In this document: positions 9,862 through 21,658 of the stretch, piece after piece
Numbering within the stretch: the first letter of the stretch is position 1
Layout: every line of letters begins with the position of its first letter
Virus record (IMG/VR): IMGVR_UViG_3300034358_000008
Span: 1 to 64,000 of that record
Reading direction: 5' to 3' (one strand)
DNA length: 64,000 nt
Position numbers and translations under genes: made by a program
Notes under the pieces: model-generated
Seen by the model: only the letters and a program-made list of their open reading frames with translations
Told to the model about the DNA's origin: nothing
Database searches by the model: none

Positions 9862-10422
9862 ATGTTCAATGGTCCATTGAAGGTACCAAGTTGCGGTTTG
9901 ATATATATTACCGCAAACAAAATGAAACCAGTGAAGGTACGAGTGGCTGTAGTACCAGCTGGTTCCAAGAGATAACAACCACGATTAAAGATGCGGCTGA
10001 AATTATCATCGCTAACGTTAAGGTCGATTGGAACTGGCGAGCAATGGAAGGTCTTAACGATTGGACCAAACTGGTAGAGGATGTATAAATGTTCAAACCG
10101 CATGAACGTTACACTGCTGTATTCCCAGTACTCGAGGCGAGTAATCTACCTGATGCTGGTACTATCGTAGAACTCACTTTTAAAGGTTGGTACGATAACC
10201 GATTGCTCTTCGTTGTTTGGCCTGCGGGTAAACCAATCCCAAAAGAGTTTGAAGGTCGTCAATTCCTCTATGTCAATCAAGAAGCCGGTACAGGTGTATT
10301 GACTTTGCGTACAGCTATTAATGGTACTGGCGAACCACCCTTCCAATCGTACGGTGTGTTGTCTATCGCCGGGACAAGTGAAGAGCTTGGTACATTGTTG
10401 ATTGAATTCCACAAGGTGTAAC

Positions 10423-10716
10423 ATGACAGATAACATAGTAGACAGTGTAAAAGGTAATGTAGCTTTCCTACTTGGTGGTATCCGCACTGGATTGCTATCG
10501 AATAGTAGTAGCATGACCCCTGAACAACTGGTGGACCAAGCTATCGCATCCACTCTGGATGTAGTAGAACAGCAGTTCGAACTACGTGATCCTACCCAAG
10601 AGCACTTGCCGGTAGTAACTGAACTCGCTAAGTGTTATTGGGATATGGTTAATGACGATGGGGAAGACCCTGTCGATCTTCGGAAGGCATTCAATGAAAA
10701 CAGCACGGGTACCTAG
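10423..10716 (+). CDS. Small acidic protein, family member 3 of 8
   Basis: QAIASTLDVVE core and LAKCYWDMVN. Confidence 0.75.
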   Translation: MTDNIVDSVKGNVAFLLGGIRTGLLSNSSSMTPEQLVDQAIASTLDVVEQQFELRDPTQEHLPVVTELAKCYWDMVNDDGEDPVDLRKAFNENSTGT

Positions 10717-11067
10717 TGGTCCAGAAATCGACGCATTGATTCATGTGTCTACTGAAGTTACTCTGGCTATGGAGTTATTGGAAGCACAAACCCGTGACTC
10801 TGTACTCCAGAGTATGAAAGATGGTGTCGAACATGGGATGGATAAGCTGATCCAAGCTTACACCGATCTAACACCACAACAAATGAAAGTTGTCAGAGCC
10901 TGTATTGGCGAAGGCGTGGACTATGCCTGTGGTTATATGGCAGCGCACATCCAATTACACGAAAGCATGTTGGGTCTATGTTCAGAGACAGCTCCGGGTC
11001 TAGTTGCCCATGCAGCTGTCCACACTTTCGGTAGCCATGTAAACACTCTTTGGGAAGAAGTAAATTC

Positions 11068-11595
11068 ATGACTTACAAGCTAGAATTGATTGAGCACACT
11101 AACACCGCTAAGCTGTCAAATTACATGCGTCTGTTCCACTACCTGAGCGTATACGAGGAGAACGGTAGCCTTCAACAAACGATTGAAGCTGAGTTGTTGA
11201 ACTTTGATCGTAAAGGTAAGTTTCAACATCAATTCAATCTGGTGTTAGCGCGTAATGACGCAGGTAGTATTGTAGGGTACGTCTTCTATTACCCGCGTGC
11301 GAAACGTGTTGAGTTCTATGTGTTACCCACTTGGCGTAATAAGGGTGTAGGTAATGAGTTGGTACTCGGTGTACGGACTTGGTCTAAATACTCTACCCTT
11401 TGTGGTTATCCGGGCTTCGGTTGCTGGAAAGAGTTCTTCGAAAAGAACTTCATCCTTAACATCGACAAGTACATGTCTATCAGTCGTGTCGACGTTGCTA
11501 AGTACGGTGGGGCAGTAGAAGCGTACAAAGCTGTAATGAAGGCTGAGAAACTTCGTCTATCCCGTGAACTACGTAAGGTACTGGATTTCATCTAA
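11068..11595 (+). CDS. GNAT-family N-acetyltransferase
   Basis: EFYVLPTWRNKGVGNEL acetyl-CoA-binding motif A; later EFFEKNF. Confidence 0.75.
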   Translation: MTYKLELIEHTNTAKLSNYMRLFHYLSVYEENGSLQQTIEAELLNFDRKGKFQHQFNLVLARNDAGSIVGYVFYYPRAKRVEFYVLPTWRNKGVGNELVLGVRTWSKYSTLCGYPGFGCWKEFFEKNFILNIDKYMSISRVDVAKYGGAVEAYKAVMKAEKLRLSRELRKVLDFI

Positions 11596-11840
11596 TGGAT
11601 ATTTTTACATTCTTCCTGTTGTTGTGCTGGACTGTAGCTGGCGTATGGTTGCTGATCGGTGAACTCCCACGATTCCAGAAACATCGGATCGAACAAATCT
11701 TCGGTGTAAAGAACCGCTGGGGTAAGATGTTCATTGGAGTCGCTCTGCTGGCCTTCTGTAGCTTTCAAGTGTACCTGTGGACCATTGACCCAATTTCGAC
11801 TTGGGAACTTACGTGGGCACCTCTGAAGCTTTCCTATTGA
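11595..11840 (+). CDS. Small membrane protein (2 TM)
   Basis: Two hydrophobic stretches. Confidence 0.65.
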   Translation: MDIFTFFLLLCWTVAGVWLLIGELPRFQKHRIEQIFGVKNRWGKMFIGVALLAFCSFQVYLWTIDPISTWELTWAPLKLSY

Positions 11841-11847
11841 GGTATTC

Positions 11848-13330
11848 ATGCAAACATTCCTTGAACAGGTTGCACTTGGCGCGTTGCTGCTGATTGAACA
11901 TGAAGCGTACGGCATTTACCTTAATCGTAGAGACTTAACTCCCGAACTAGACCCTGATGATGCTGCTCGTGCGGCAGTTCAAAGAGCTATTTTTAGAACC
12001 GTTGAAATGCTGGAACCAAACGAAAAATCTTCAGATGAAGATTGGTTATCACAACTTTACTGGCAAGAGGTAAGTACATGAATACCGATATGCAAATCCC
12101 TGAACAAGATGAAAAGCAAATTCTTGATCACGCTGTTGCAGCTACCACGATTTGTCAAATAGAAGACATATTCATTCACACGGTTCCTGCTAACATGGGC
12201 GATGCCCGTGAGATCGTGGAAAGTGTTCTGGTAATCGTACAAAATAACTTCTATCTGATCCCTAAGGTCATGGTTGAAGACGATAAGCCGGTCGAGCGTC
12301 CAGCTCCTAAAGAAGCAATTACTGAACCACTCTATGAGTTGTGGAATTCCGTTTCCAACTAACCAAACCCTTTTAATAGACAGGTGACATATGAGCGAAG
12401 TTGACAATTTTGTATCGGCAGTAAAAGAGAAACGTAACGAAGCAGTGGAGTATTTCCTATCCGAAGACTTCCATCAGGCTATGGCAAATGGTGTTGAAAG
12501 CCCAGACGTCGTGGTTAAGAAAGGTGTCGACCTATTGGTTGGTGCAGTTCTCGATGTAGTCGAAGAACGTTACGCCGATCTGGTTACCGGTAGTGCAAGT
12601 GATTCCGAAGGTGAAGAAGTCTCGGTTGAACTGAGTATCACCACTGGTCTGTCCACTCTGTACTTCGAAGAGGTAGCTTCTTAATGAGTACTCCTAAAGT
12701 TGATCTCCATCACGGTGAATGGGGTGAGATTAAAATGGGTAATGTAGATGGCTTCATCGAACGTGCGAAAGGTATGCGCGCGTGTGCCCTAGAACTGTTT
12801 GACCAGCGTGCCCTGAAGGCTGCTGCAACTGGTCAAACGATCCCATGGAGTACCTACGTAGCGGAAGCTGTAGATGCAGCTATCGCTGGTACTCTAGACA
12901 TCGTAAGCAATTGCGGTCTGGAAGCTATCACCGAGGTGGAATGCATTATTGGTGATGATGAACAACCAAAAGTAAATATCGCTTTCAGTGATCAACTGGG
13001 TAAAATGTATTTCGAAGCGGTGGGTTCCTAATGGAAGACACCTACGTACCAGAACCGACTATGGTTCAAGTCGTATTGGCTGAACTGAAGAAGATCCCTG
13101 ATAAGGTACTTGAGTTATCAGCTGGTAACTACACCCCAGAAGAACTCATGGTCCAAGCGATCGGTGAGGCTCTGGTGATCGTTGAACGTTTCATGGATAT
13201 CACTTATCAGGAATCCGATCTGCTTCCACCAGAAGGACACACGGGTCCTGAAGTCGCTTTGGTTAAGGTTGCCTATACCGAGAAAGCAGATAACCTTGCA
13301 CAACAATACTGGGATCATGTGAGTAACTAA
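11848..13330 (+). other. Five tandem small acidic paralogs, members 4-8 (11848-12081, 12078-12362, 12391-12684, 12684-13031, 13031-13330)
   Basis: Each ends in L-x(3)-[YL][WF]-x-x-V-x-[STN] and has a central amphipathic AI..TLD.VE-like helix. Confidence 0.75.
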
Positions 13331-13793
13331 AATGTCTACGGTTATCGGAACCAAAGAAATCTACAGTGGTGAGCAACGACCTACTGACAAACAACGTGTA
13401 CTGTATTACTTCGAACCATTTGAACAATGGTACGTTGGTGTATACCACGCGGAAGATGACGCTATCGTTGGGAAGGCTGGGTTCAGTACATGGCAACCCG
13501 AAGTAACTAAATGGATGGATGGAGAACAGTAAGATGCCTATTTACTTTCAGCTGTGGCCACGGTTTAATACTGTAAATCTGTGGAGATTATACCCGTGGC
13601 TAAATCCCGTCGTACTTGCTATTTCAAGAACCAAAAAGAATTCTTCGATAAAGACCGTCCTTTGAGTTGGGAAAACTCCAATAAAAAGAATAAGGTACTG
13701 TGCCATCGCATCGAAAGAGCGTGGGCTAGTCGTCGTCTGTATCAGGAACTCAATCAGCTTTAAATAAAGTGCCCTCCTTCACCGGAGGGCATT

Positions 13794-14485
13794 ATGAGGA
13801 ATTCAATGCTAACAGTAATATTCTTTGCAATCATGCAACTGAGCCTTATCGGGTTTTGTTTCATGAGCGCCATGCTAATGCTGGGTATTCTAGCATATGC
13901 GTTTGGTGCTGATCTGCCTGACTGGAAGGCTATGGTCAAATACTGGAAGTGGTGTGGTATCACTCTAGCGATATCGTGTATCGGTTTCTTTGTATGTAAG
14001 GGGTTAGTCCTATGAACTGGGGCGTTGTTGCAGGTGTAGCATTAATTCTTTACATCCTTTACGCTATCTTTGTCCCACCTAAGTGGTATCGGGATAAGCT
14101 TTACGAAGACGATGCACTTAAGGCTAAGCGTGAGGCCCGTAAGTACGTCAGGAACGTCGTTAAGGGCATGGTTATACATGCGGTCCAATTCGATCGTGGA
14201 CATACCTCTGGCATCCTTACAAAGCGTACCCCACAAGTATTCATCTTCCATGGAATCATCCGCGGTGACTTTTCAGAGACTCTTTATCTGAGAGTGGATC
14301 AAGACGGTAACGTATTCGAATACGAAACTGACATAGCAGCTAATGCAGCAATCCAACAGACAGACTTCGGTATTGTAGCTGTAACTGCATCCGATGGACA
14401 GATTCGTTTCCGTGACGTAGTTCCTACTGGTTCATCAGATCGGGACCTGTATAAGTTACGATTTAATTTCCTGACGAGTTCCTGA
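13794..14485 (+). other. Two membrane-associated hypothetical CDS (13794-14015, 14012-14485)
   Basis: Hydrophobic N-terminal segments; ATGA overlap. Confidence 0.6.
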
Positions 14486-14535
14486 TAGTATAGGTCTTGC
14501 AATACCGCTGACCATGTTAGAAGGAAATTTACGCC

Positions 14536-14874
14536 ATGGCTATTCCAAGTCTTGCCGATCTGAAAGTTGCTGTAAGCGCTTCCGAGATCGCACCTTTCGA
14601 AGCTGAAATTACCGCTTATCTCGAAACAGCTGCTACTCTGGCTTATCTCGAGAATACTGCTGGTACCGCCAAGATCGTTATCCGTACCTTCCCAGGTAAG
14701 GAACTGACTGCTCCAGGTATCGTTGCTCTCAAGGCGGCGATTACTGCTGGCGGTTGGACTAACGTTGTTGTCGAGAACCAGTACGGCCCTGCTGCTGAAG
14801 GTATTGGTATCTCTACCGGTCCTGCTGAGAAGATCGTATTCGTATCGTTCAAACCAGCTCCAGTTACACCGTAA
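14536..14874 (+). CDS. Ala-rich 112-aa protein, probably abundant or structural
   Basis: Strong codon bias (gct, ggt, gaa), AAGGA SD, own terminator at about 14884-14906. Confidence 0.6.
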   Translation: MAIPSLADLKVAVSASEIAPFEAEITAYLETAATLAYLENTAGTAKIVIRTFPGKELTAPGIVALKAAITAGGWTNVVVENQYGPAAEGIGISTGPAEKIVFVSFKPAPVTP

Positions 14875-14928
14875 TAAAAATAGGTCCTACCTTCGGGTAG
14901 GGCTTTATAACGTCTCAAGGAAAATTCA

Positions 14929-15899
14929 ATGCATAACCCTAAATTTGATATCTTTGTATGCTCCCGCAAAAATCCTAATCCATGTCTCAATCTCCCTAGC
15001 GAAGCGATTATGCTGAAGCTCTATCAACAGCTTCGTCGCCGGTTAGATAGCCAAGGCTTTGGCAATGTAGTTGTAAATACAATGCGTCATATTTCAGACA
15101 TCGAGTTGGAAGCGGGTGAACTAGAATTGCTTAGGGGTAATCGATTCTACCTATCTGAGCATTACCTGGCAAGGCACCTGGACTTTGGTCCACCAGACAA
15201 AGTGATTGGGCGTTACAGAGCACCATGGAACACCCGCCCTTCCATGGATGCCTACACGTACGCTGAACGTGGTAAGCGGCCAATGTTCCACGCGCAGGTA
15301 ATTGGTGGTACTCTTACTGGCAAGACTTATGTACTCAATGAGTTCAAGTTATTGTTGAACGAACTGGTTCCAGGTATTGAGATCATCGAGTGTGATAACG
15401 ATATCAAAATGTCTGACCACTGGGACGTGGCTTCTGACCCTGAGTACTACAAGGAATACGGTGACCGCATTAAAGCTAATGCTATTTGCTTTGGTATGGG
15501 CCCAACGTTTAATGTTGGTATCGATAACGAACTGTACCACAACACTAAAATCTAAGGATCATTATGACTTACGTAAGTCCCCGTGGCATTCCATTGTTGA
15601 CGCAACAGGTGTCTTCCTTTCCTATCGTAACTCTGGAAGACTACGTCAAGTGGTATGGCGCAGATATCCTCTGGCCGGATGGTCGAGTTGAGAATGTTAA
15701 TGTAGACTGGTACTGTGAGATCGTTCGTGAATATCCCAAGTATCCATTGATGGGTGACCATAACTACCATCCATTCTTGTTGGAGAAGATCGCTGAGCGT
15801 ATCGGTGGGCAAGTGTGCTGGAAGGCACGTGAAATGGCCACAGGCCGTTGGATTAATGAAATACGTGATGGCGAAGTAGAAAACGAATATCCTTTCTGA
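14929..15899 (+). other. Two hypothetical CDS (14929-15555, 15564-15899)
   Basis: ORFs with SD motifs, ending at a palindromic terminator. Confidence 0.65.
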
Positions 15900-15933
15900 C
15901 GACATATTGCCCCTCCGTTACGGAGGGGCTTTA

Positions 15934-16161
15934 TTATGCTTCTTTTTTGTATTTGGTTGTGATACTAGCCTTAGCATGATGTTTGGCGTCATGCTTCTTC
16001 TTGTCTTCTTCGGCTTTCTTCTTCTCTTTTTCTTTGGCTTGCTTGTCGGCTTCGACGAACTCTTTAGCTACGTCTTGTGGAATACCGACTTTCTTAGCAA
16101 ACTCTTGATCGTGAGCGGCTGCTCTCATTGTTCTTGCTTGCTTAGGTGACTTTGTAGGCAT
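15934..16161 (-). CDS. Small basic phage protein (MPTKSPKQARTMRAAAHD..FAKKVGIPQ.VAKEF)
   Basis: Lone minus-strand ORF with GAGG SD; Lys-rich tail; N-terminus resembles a widespread small phage protein family (from memory). Confidence 0.7.
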   Translation of the reverse strand: MPTKSPKQARTMRAAAHDQEFAKKVGIPQDVAKEFVEADKQAKEKEKKKAEEDKKKHDAKHHAKASITTKYKKEA

Positions 16162-16603
16162 GGCGATTACCTCGATTATTAGAAGGGGTTTTAACGCTAT
16201 ATCATACCCTTGTAATTAAATCTTAACTGGAGTAATGTATGAACACACTCGATATCTTTTTGGAGATGCCCTGGAAGTTCTATGCGTTGATGGGGACCGT
16301 GATAGTACTGGTAATCTGGGCTATCTGGTTTTCCAGCAAACGACCCACCGATTTCAACCATCTGTTCTACGATCACTGGATGAAACGGATCAACGATGAC
16401 TTTCGGGGTGTCCGTCGTCGTTATAAGCGTGCAGACCGAGCCGAAGCATATAAGGCTACGTACTATCGAATCTACCATGACCTCGCTGAAGTAACGGGTG
16501 GACCAGAGTACTTTGCTCTCCTCCCCACTGCGCAGCGAAGCGTATGGATTCATCTATTCACTCGTACCCGTGATGTACTCTATTTCAGTTGAGGTAAAGA
16601 AAG

Positions 16604-16750
16604 ATGGAAGATCATGGTGAAAGTGGTATACAGATGCGAGATGTGGTGGTAGGATTCGTCCTAACCACAGTCGCTTTCATGGGATTGACGGTCTGGCTTT
16701 TCAGCGGCAACAAAGAAAAGCCTAAATCTGAAGAACCTCCAGAAGGATAA
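16604..16750 (+). CDS. 48-aa single-TM protein (not in the ORF track)
   Basis: GAGG SD; MEDHGESGIQMRDVVVGFVLTTVAFMGLTVWLFSGNK... Confidence 0.6.
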   Translation: MEDHGESGIQMRDVVVGFVLTTVAFMGLTVWLFSGNKEKPKSEEPPEG

Positions 16751-16768
16751 TAGAAACGCTTTAAACGC

Positions 16769-16776
16769 TATATTAC
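16769..16776 (+). promoter_or_regulatory. Early promoter motif TATATTAC
   Basis: tagaaacgctttaaacgcTATATTAC upstream of 16810. Confidence 0.75.
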
Positions 16777-16809
16777 TCTTATGGATTAACTAACTTAAAG
16801 GAATTTACG

Positions 16810-18070
16810 ATGAGCTTTATTCGCGATATGATGAACATCTTCGGCTACGGTGAAGGTAATCAAACTGCAACATCCGTCGAGATGGAAATTACCGCGACGA
16901 TCGGAGAACTGCTGGACACAATGAAAGCAGAAGACGTTCCTTATCTGGATCGTATCTCCATGCTGAACAAGCATCTGGAAAACGAGATCATTCGCTTCAA
17001 CGCGATTGAAGACATCTCTGAAACAGAACGCTGGAAAGCGATCGCTGGTCTACGTGAATACGTCGGCAAACTCAACCGCCACTTCCGTGAATTACAGCTG
17101 TTGTCTAGCCGTAAATAATAGAAGTCATTTAAACGCTATATTACAAAGGTGATACTCTAACCGGTGTCACCTACTCAAATTTATCTAAAGGAAAGAATCA
17201 TGCAAACTCTGCCTACCGCTGCAACTTGGATCGCTCAAGCTAAACTGGCTACCGCCACCAAGATCGAAGAACTGATCGCTGCTCAAACCCCTTCCTACGA
17301 AGCGGATGAAGAGATGCGTGGTTTCTTCGACCAACTGTACATCGACCTGTACAAAATGGAAGGCTGCGATCGCATTCGCGCTGAAGTCATCCCGGCTATC
17401 CAGAAACTGGATACTGAAATCTGCAAGATCACCCTGCACTAATCAAACCTAATCTCAATACCGAAGGAATCGAAATCATGGCTAAGTGGACTTTTGAAGA
17501 TTATGCAAATGGCGCCATGGCAATCGTTGGTATTGCTATGATGGCTCATTCGATACTCGAAGCAAAGAAAGTGGCTGATCGTGAAGACGATAGTCGTAAA
17601 GCAAAACGTTGGGTCGCTGAAGCTACTGCTCGTCTGGAGAACATGGTTCACCACATGCAGAAACAACGTGCTTCGAAAGAATGCTACGTTGAAGCTCTGG
17701 GTGCTGCAAAGAACATACTGGCTTTTGAAGTACGTGAAACCCTGACACCGAAGAACTTCCACATGTTGGATGCACAAAAAGAGATTTTCCAAACTGTGGA
17801 CCAACTGATCGCAAAAGCTAACTAAGGAGTAGTAACGTGGTAAATGCACAGCACGTAGTAAACGTAATGATCCTGACCCCCGATGTTGTTCGTATGAACG
17901 CTCGTCGCGAGCAAATCATGCAAGACGCCATCACCTCCCCACTCGGTAAAACCTGTAATGCGTTCGGTAACCCGAATGCAGACGGGTTTACCAGTGTGGA
18001 GTTGTGGGGTGGCGATGAGATTCAGCGACAGACCTTTAAACAGGTTCTGATCAATGATCTTTATCGCTAA
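16810..18070 (+). other. Early small-gene cluster (16810-17118, 17200-17442, 17478-17825, 17837-18070)
   Basis: Helical small ORFs, each with an AAGGA SD, behind two early promoters; terminator at 18086-18107. Confidence 0.75.
17137..17144 (+). promoter_or_regulatory. Early promoter motif TATATTAC
   Basis: tttaaacgcTATATTACaaaggtgata, nearly identical to the copy at 54601. Confidence 0.75.
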
Positions 18071-18144
18071 AGGATCGGAAACCATGTGGGAGTCTTCGGA
18101 CTCCCGCTACTCAAATTTCTTTTTTGCTTAAATGGAGTATTTGC

Positions 18145-20872
18145 ATGGAAATTCAATTTGTTAAGAAGGGCGCTAATCACCTCATCCAGATGTCTGGTGG
18201 TTGGGTAACTGACAAAGTGTGTGACTATGTCCGCACTGCGTTGCAGGCTACCTGTTGGAACATTACCCCGGTGTATTCGATTGGTCCTCAGGAAGATAAT
18301 GGTAACCTGGTATCCATCGTTATTCCGATGGGTCGTGATAATGATGTACAGGAGTTCTGCGACTACCTGAACATTATCCTCCGTGACATTATCCCGACAG
18401 CGTTCACTGAGATTAACGCGAGTCCTTACCGGGTACCCGAATATGATGACCGTGGTGGCTTAGATCTGTTGTACATGATCGCCAAAGAAACGGGTTGTCC
18501 AGTAGACTTCACTGAGTGGATGAAACCGGTTATATTCAAGCCCATCTCGAACGTTCAATACGAAGGCGTAATAGCGCTACTTCGTGAGTTCAAGATGTCC
18601 TTCCACAACTACGTAACTAAGGAAGTCTTTAAATGTAGTTGTTAGATTCTCTACGGTTCAGACGTAGCCTATTGGGTTATGTAGACGACCCTGTCTGCTT
18701 TGACAGGGCTCTGAAATTCAACGGTGACTTTACTGTCACCACTTTAACTAAAATAAACTGGAGTAAAACAATGGAACAGGCTACTAACACCGACAACCTT
18801 TACGGTACCCCTAATGATTACCTGCGCTGGCTCGCTTTTTTGCAACATGGTCCGCTGGTAACCTCTTTCCCAGCCGATAACTACACCAAGGTTCCAATGG
18901 CGTGGCACGATGCAGTGTATGGCATCGAATCGAACATTGAATGTATCCCTCACCTGTTACAGTGGGGTGAAGACAAGGTCGAACATAAGGGTAAAGTGTT
19001 GGACTGGATTGTCAAGAAGACTTTGGTCCCTTACCTGTCGAACATGAATGACGATGAGTTGGCGATGGTTGATCCAATGCTGACCTTCATCTACGCTTTC
19101 GGCAAAGTTCTCCGTATTCAAAGTTATGCAGCTAGCGTAGAGCTGTGTATTGAGATCAATGGTGTGCAGCGTACTCTACTCATCAACGTAATGAATATGA
19201 TGGAGTACTCGGGCGGGACTAACAGTGATCTTGATGATTACTATGTCCGCACCACTTTGAACTAACGGGGACTCTGGTCCCCAAAGAGGGACTATGAGTG
19301 AGCTACATCTAAAGCGTACTGAGTGCGGTCAATGGATTACTAATTGGATGGGTCGTGATCATCATGTAACCCTAGGTACGGTTGATCAACTCAACTACGT
19401 GTCTCTGGGATTCATTGGTAGTGGCCCAGTCAATATCGAGATTACCCCTAAGGGCGAGATCTTGAAGATAGCCGATAACCGCACCGGCGAACATTTAACT
19501 GAATTGCGTATCCCTAACAATCATTTCCTTAAACGGGATGTTAATGTGGGGAAACCATTCTCGGAGTAAATATGGAATACTTTAGTGCGATCAAACTAAT
19601 CCTGTATTGGATCGGTAGTTGGAAGCTGGGCTCGTGGATAGCTTCCTTGCAGATCGATCGCCGCCCATGGATTACATTGAAGAAATTCGATTCGACTGGT
19701 GTTCGAGAATTCGATGATGATCTCGAACTACGGTTCCGGCGTGGCAAGCATGTTCGGTACCTCATCGTTGATACCTTAACTGGTAACGGTAAGCTGTCCG
19801 CTGATAAAAAGAAAGCAGCTACCGCACGAGCACTGGGTAAATCGGTTTACGTATTCAACTTCGATCGCTATAAAAACTTCATACAGTTCAAAAGCTGTAA
19901 TGCGAGTATGCCGGATCGTAACTATAACTTTCTGACTGATACCTTTGAAGGACCAGTTAACCAAGCGAAGGACGTCTATGTTCAATACTTCCAAACCAAA
20001 TAGCTTACCCAAGCCTGGGCCTTGCTATAACCTCAACATTCTGCATCCTTGGTTCCAACGGAACGAAGTGAATGTCATGCTCGCTAACCAAGAGTTCGAG
20101 AAGTCCGTCCATATCGTAACTGATGGGCGAACGTTCGACTTCCGTGAAGCGTATGGTACTAAAGACGAATGGCAGTACATCTACATTCGCGAACTCAGCT
20201 ACGTGGCTGAAGACGGTAGCATTCAGATCGTCAAGGTTAAACCTCGTAATCCACACCCGATCGAGAAAGGTTACGGTAACACGTACACAGGTTACGTCAC
20301 TAAGATCAATGGTAAACGTTGGGGGATCAACATCCATCTTAACTGGCAGACTGGTCGTACGCATTTGTTGGCCGATGACGGGTCACCGATTGTTGGGGCA
20401 TTGTTTCAGTTCATCGAATAATAAACGGCCTCCCCGAAGGGAGGCTTTATGTCGACTAATAATTACTACAACGGAATTCAGATTTACATCATGTCTGTGC
20501 AAGCAAAAGAAACTATAATGGCCATTAACAGTATCCTAGACCAATCTTGGAGAAAGAAGCCAACAATTACTGGACAGGGGAAATAACATGTGCTTCTTCA
20601 AGAGCTTTGGACAATTGGTAGACGGTATCTCGAAGAGTGATGTAGCGCGTGGTATGCTGTTACAAGCAACTAACGATATTTTCGTACACCGCACAGATCG
20701 TGAGAAAGGCTACACCGAAGTAAAGTTTGCAAACGAAGGCGATGACCTGACTGTACTCTGTGAAGACCTAGAGAACCCAGGTGGGGGCTTCCGAGTAATG
20801 AACCTTGACAACCATGATCAGATCGAAACTGTACAACTCACTGACATGGATACTGTATTCGGAGTGGATTGA
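18145..20872 (+). other. Run of hypothetical CDS (18145-18645, 18771-19265, 19294-19569, 19572-20003, one ending at 20421, 20588-20872)
   Basis: Co-oriented ORFs with SD motifs; 19572-20003 has a weak VRR-Nuc-like G.LS..KK....LG..V.VF segment. Confidence 0.6.
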
Positions 20873-21052
20873 TGAAAAAGGGTAAGGCTTTACAAACCAT
20901 CACTAATACCGTGTTGGATATAACGATTACACTGGCTACTGTTGGGGAGGAGTTGTATATCCTAGAAGACCTTGGTAATGCATACGAAGTTGCAACGGTT
21001 AACGAACCTATGAATACTTTCTATGCATCGAAGAATCAGGTGGAGGTAAGCA

Positions 21053-21658
21053 GTGACAGCGTACACTAAAAGCGACATTGTAAAACCAAGCCATGTATTA
21101 AAAGAAGAGATCATCGAAACCCTGTTGGATATCAATGACAAACTCGATCGACAAGAGTTTATCGTTAAGCCTTTATACGGGCAGGCTAGTGACGGAATTC
21201 CTTATGGTTTCTACACCATCGGGTTTTCTCGTTTCAACCTACCTGAGATCTACGTATCGGGTATCGCTGTAAACGACTTCAACTTCAATTTGCTCTATCC
21301 GCACATCAAAGGAATGCAACAGTTTCTTACCATGAACGGTTATGGCAATAAGTCGTCCTCTGAGGTTGCTATGGCAATGAATCGAGCGTACGCCACCACA
21401 GAGATAGGTCCGTTCTTCCAAGTCCGCCCTATCGACTCTGAGCGGTTGCTGTATGGACAGGCTCAAGTGTTGCGTTACTGGCTTGATGAACAGAATCATC
21501 GTGAGCATGCAAAAGCAGTTCAAATCGTTTGGCGTAATCCGAGCGATATGGAGTTCCCGATCGAGTCCTCTAAAAATCAATTACTACTGGACTATGTTCC
21601 TTTCGGTGTACCGGTTCCTAAATCTATTACTACGGGGGTAGTAAATGCAGCAGCGTAA
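21053..21658 (+). CDS. DUF4262-like protein
   Basis: FYTIGFSRFNLPEIYVSGI and VQIVW...FP resemble the DUF4262 motifs (from memory). Confidence 0.5.
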   Translation: MTAYTKSDIVKPSHVLKEEIIETLLDINDKLDRQEFIVKPLYGQASDGIPYGFYTIGFSRFNLPEIYVSGIAVNDFNFNLLYPHIKGMQQFLTMNGYGNKSSSEVAMAMNRAYATTEIGPFFQVRPIDSERLLYGQAQVLRYWLDEQNHREHAKAVQIVWRNPSDMEFPIESSKNQLLLDYVPFGVPVPKSITTGVVNAAA

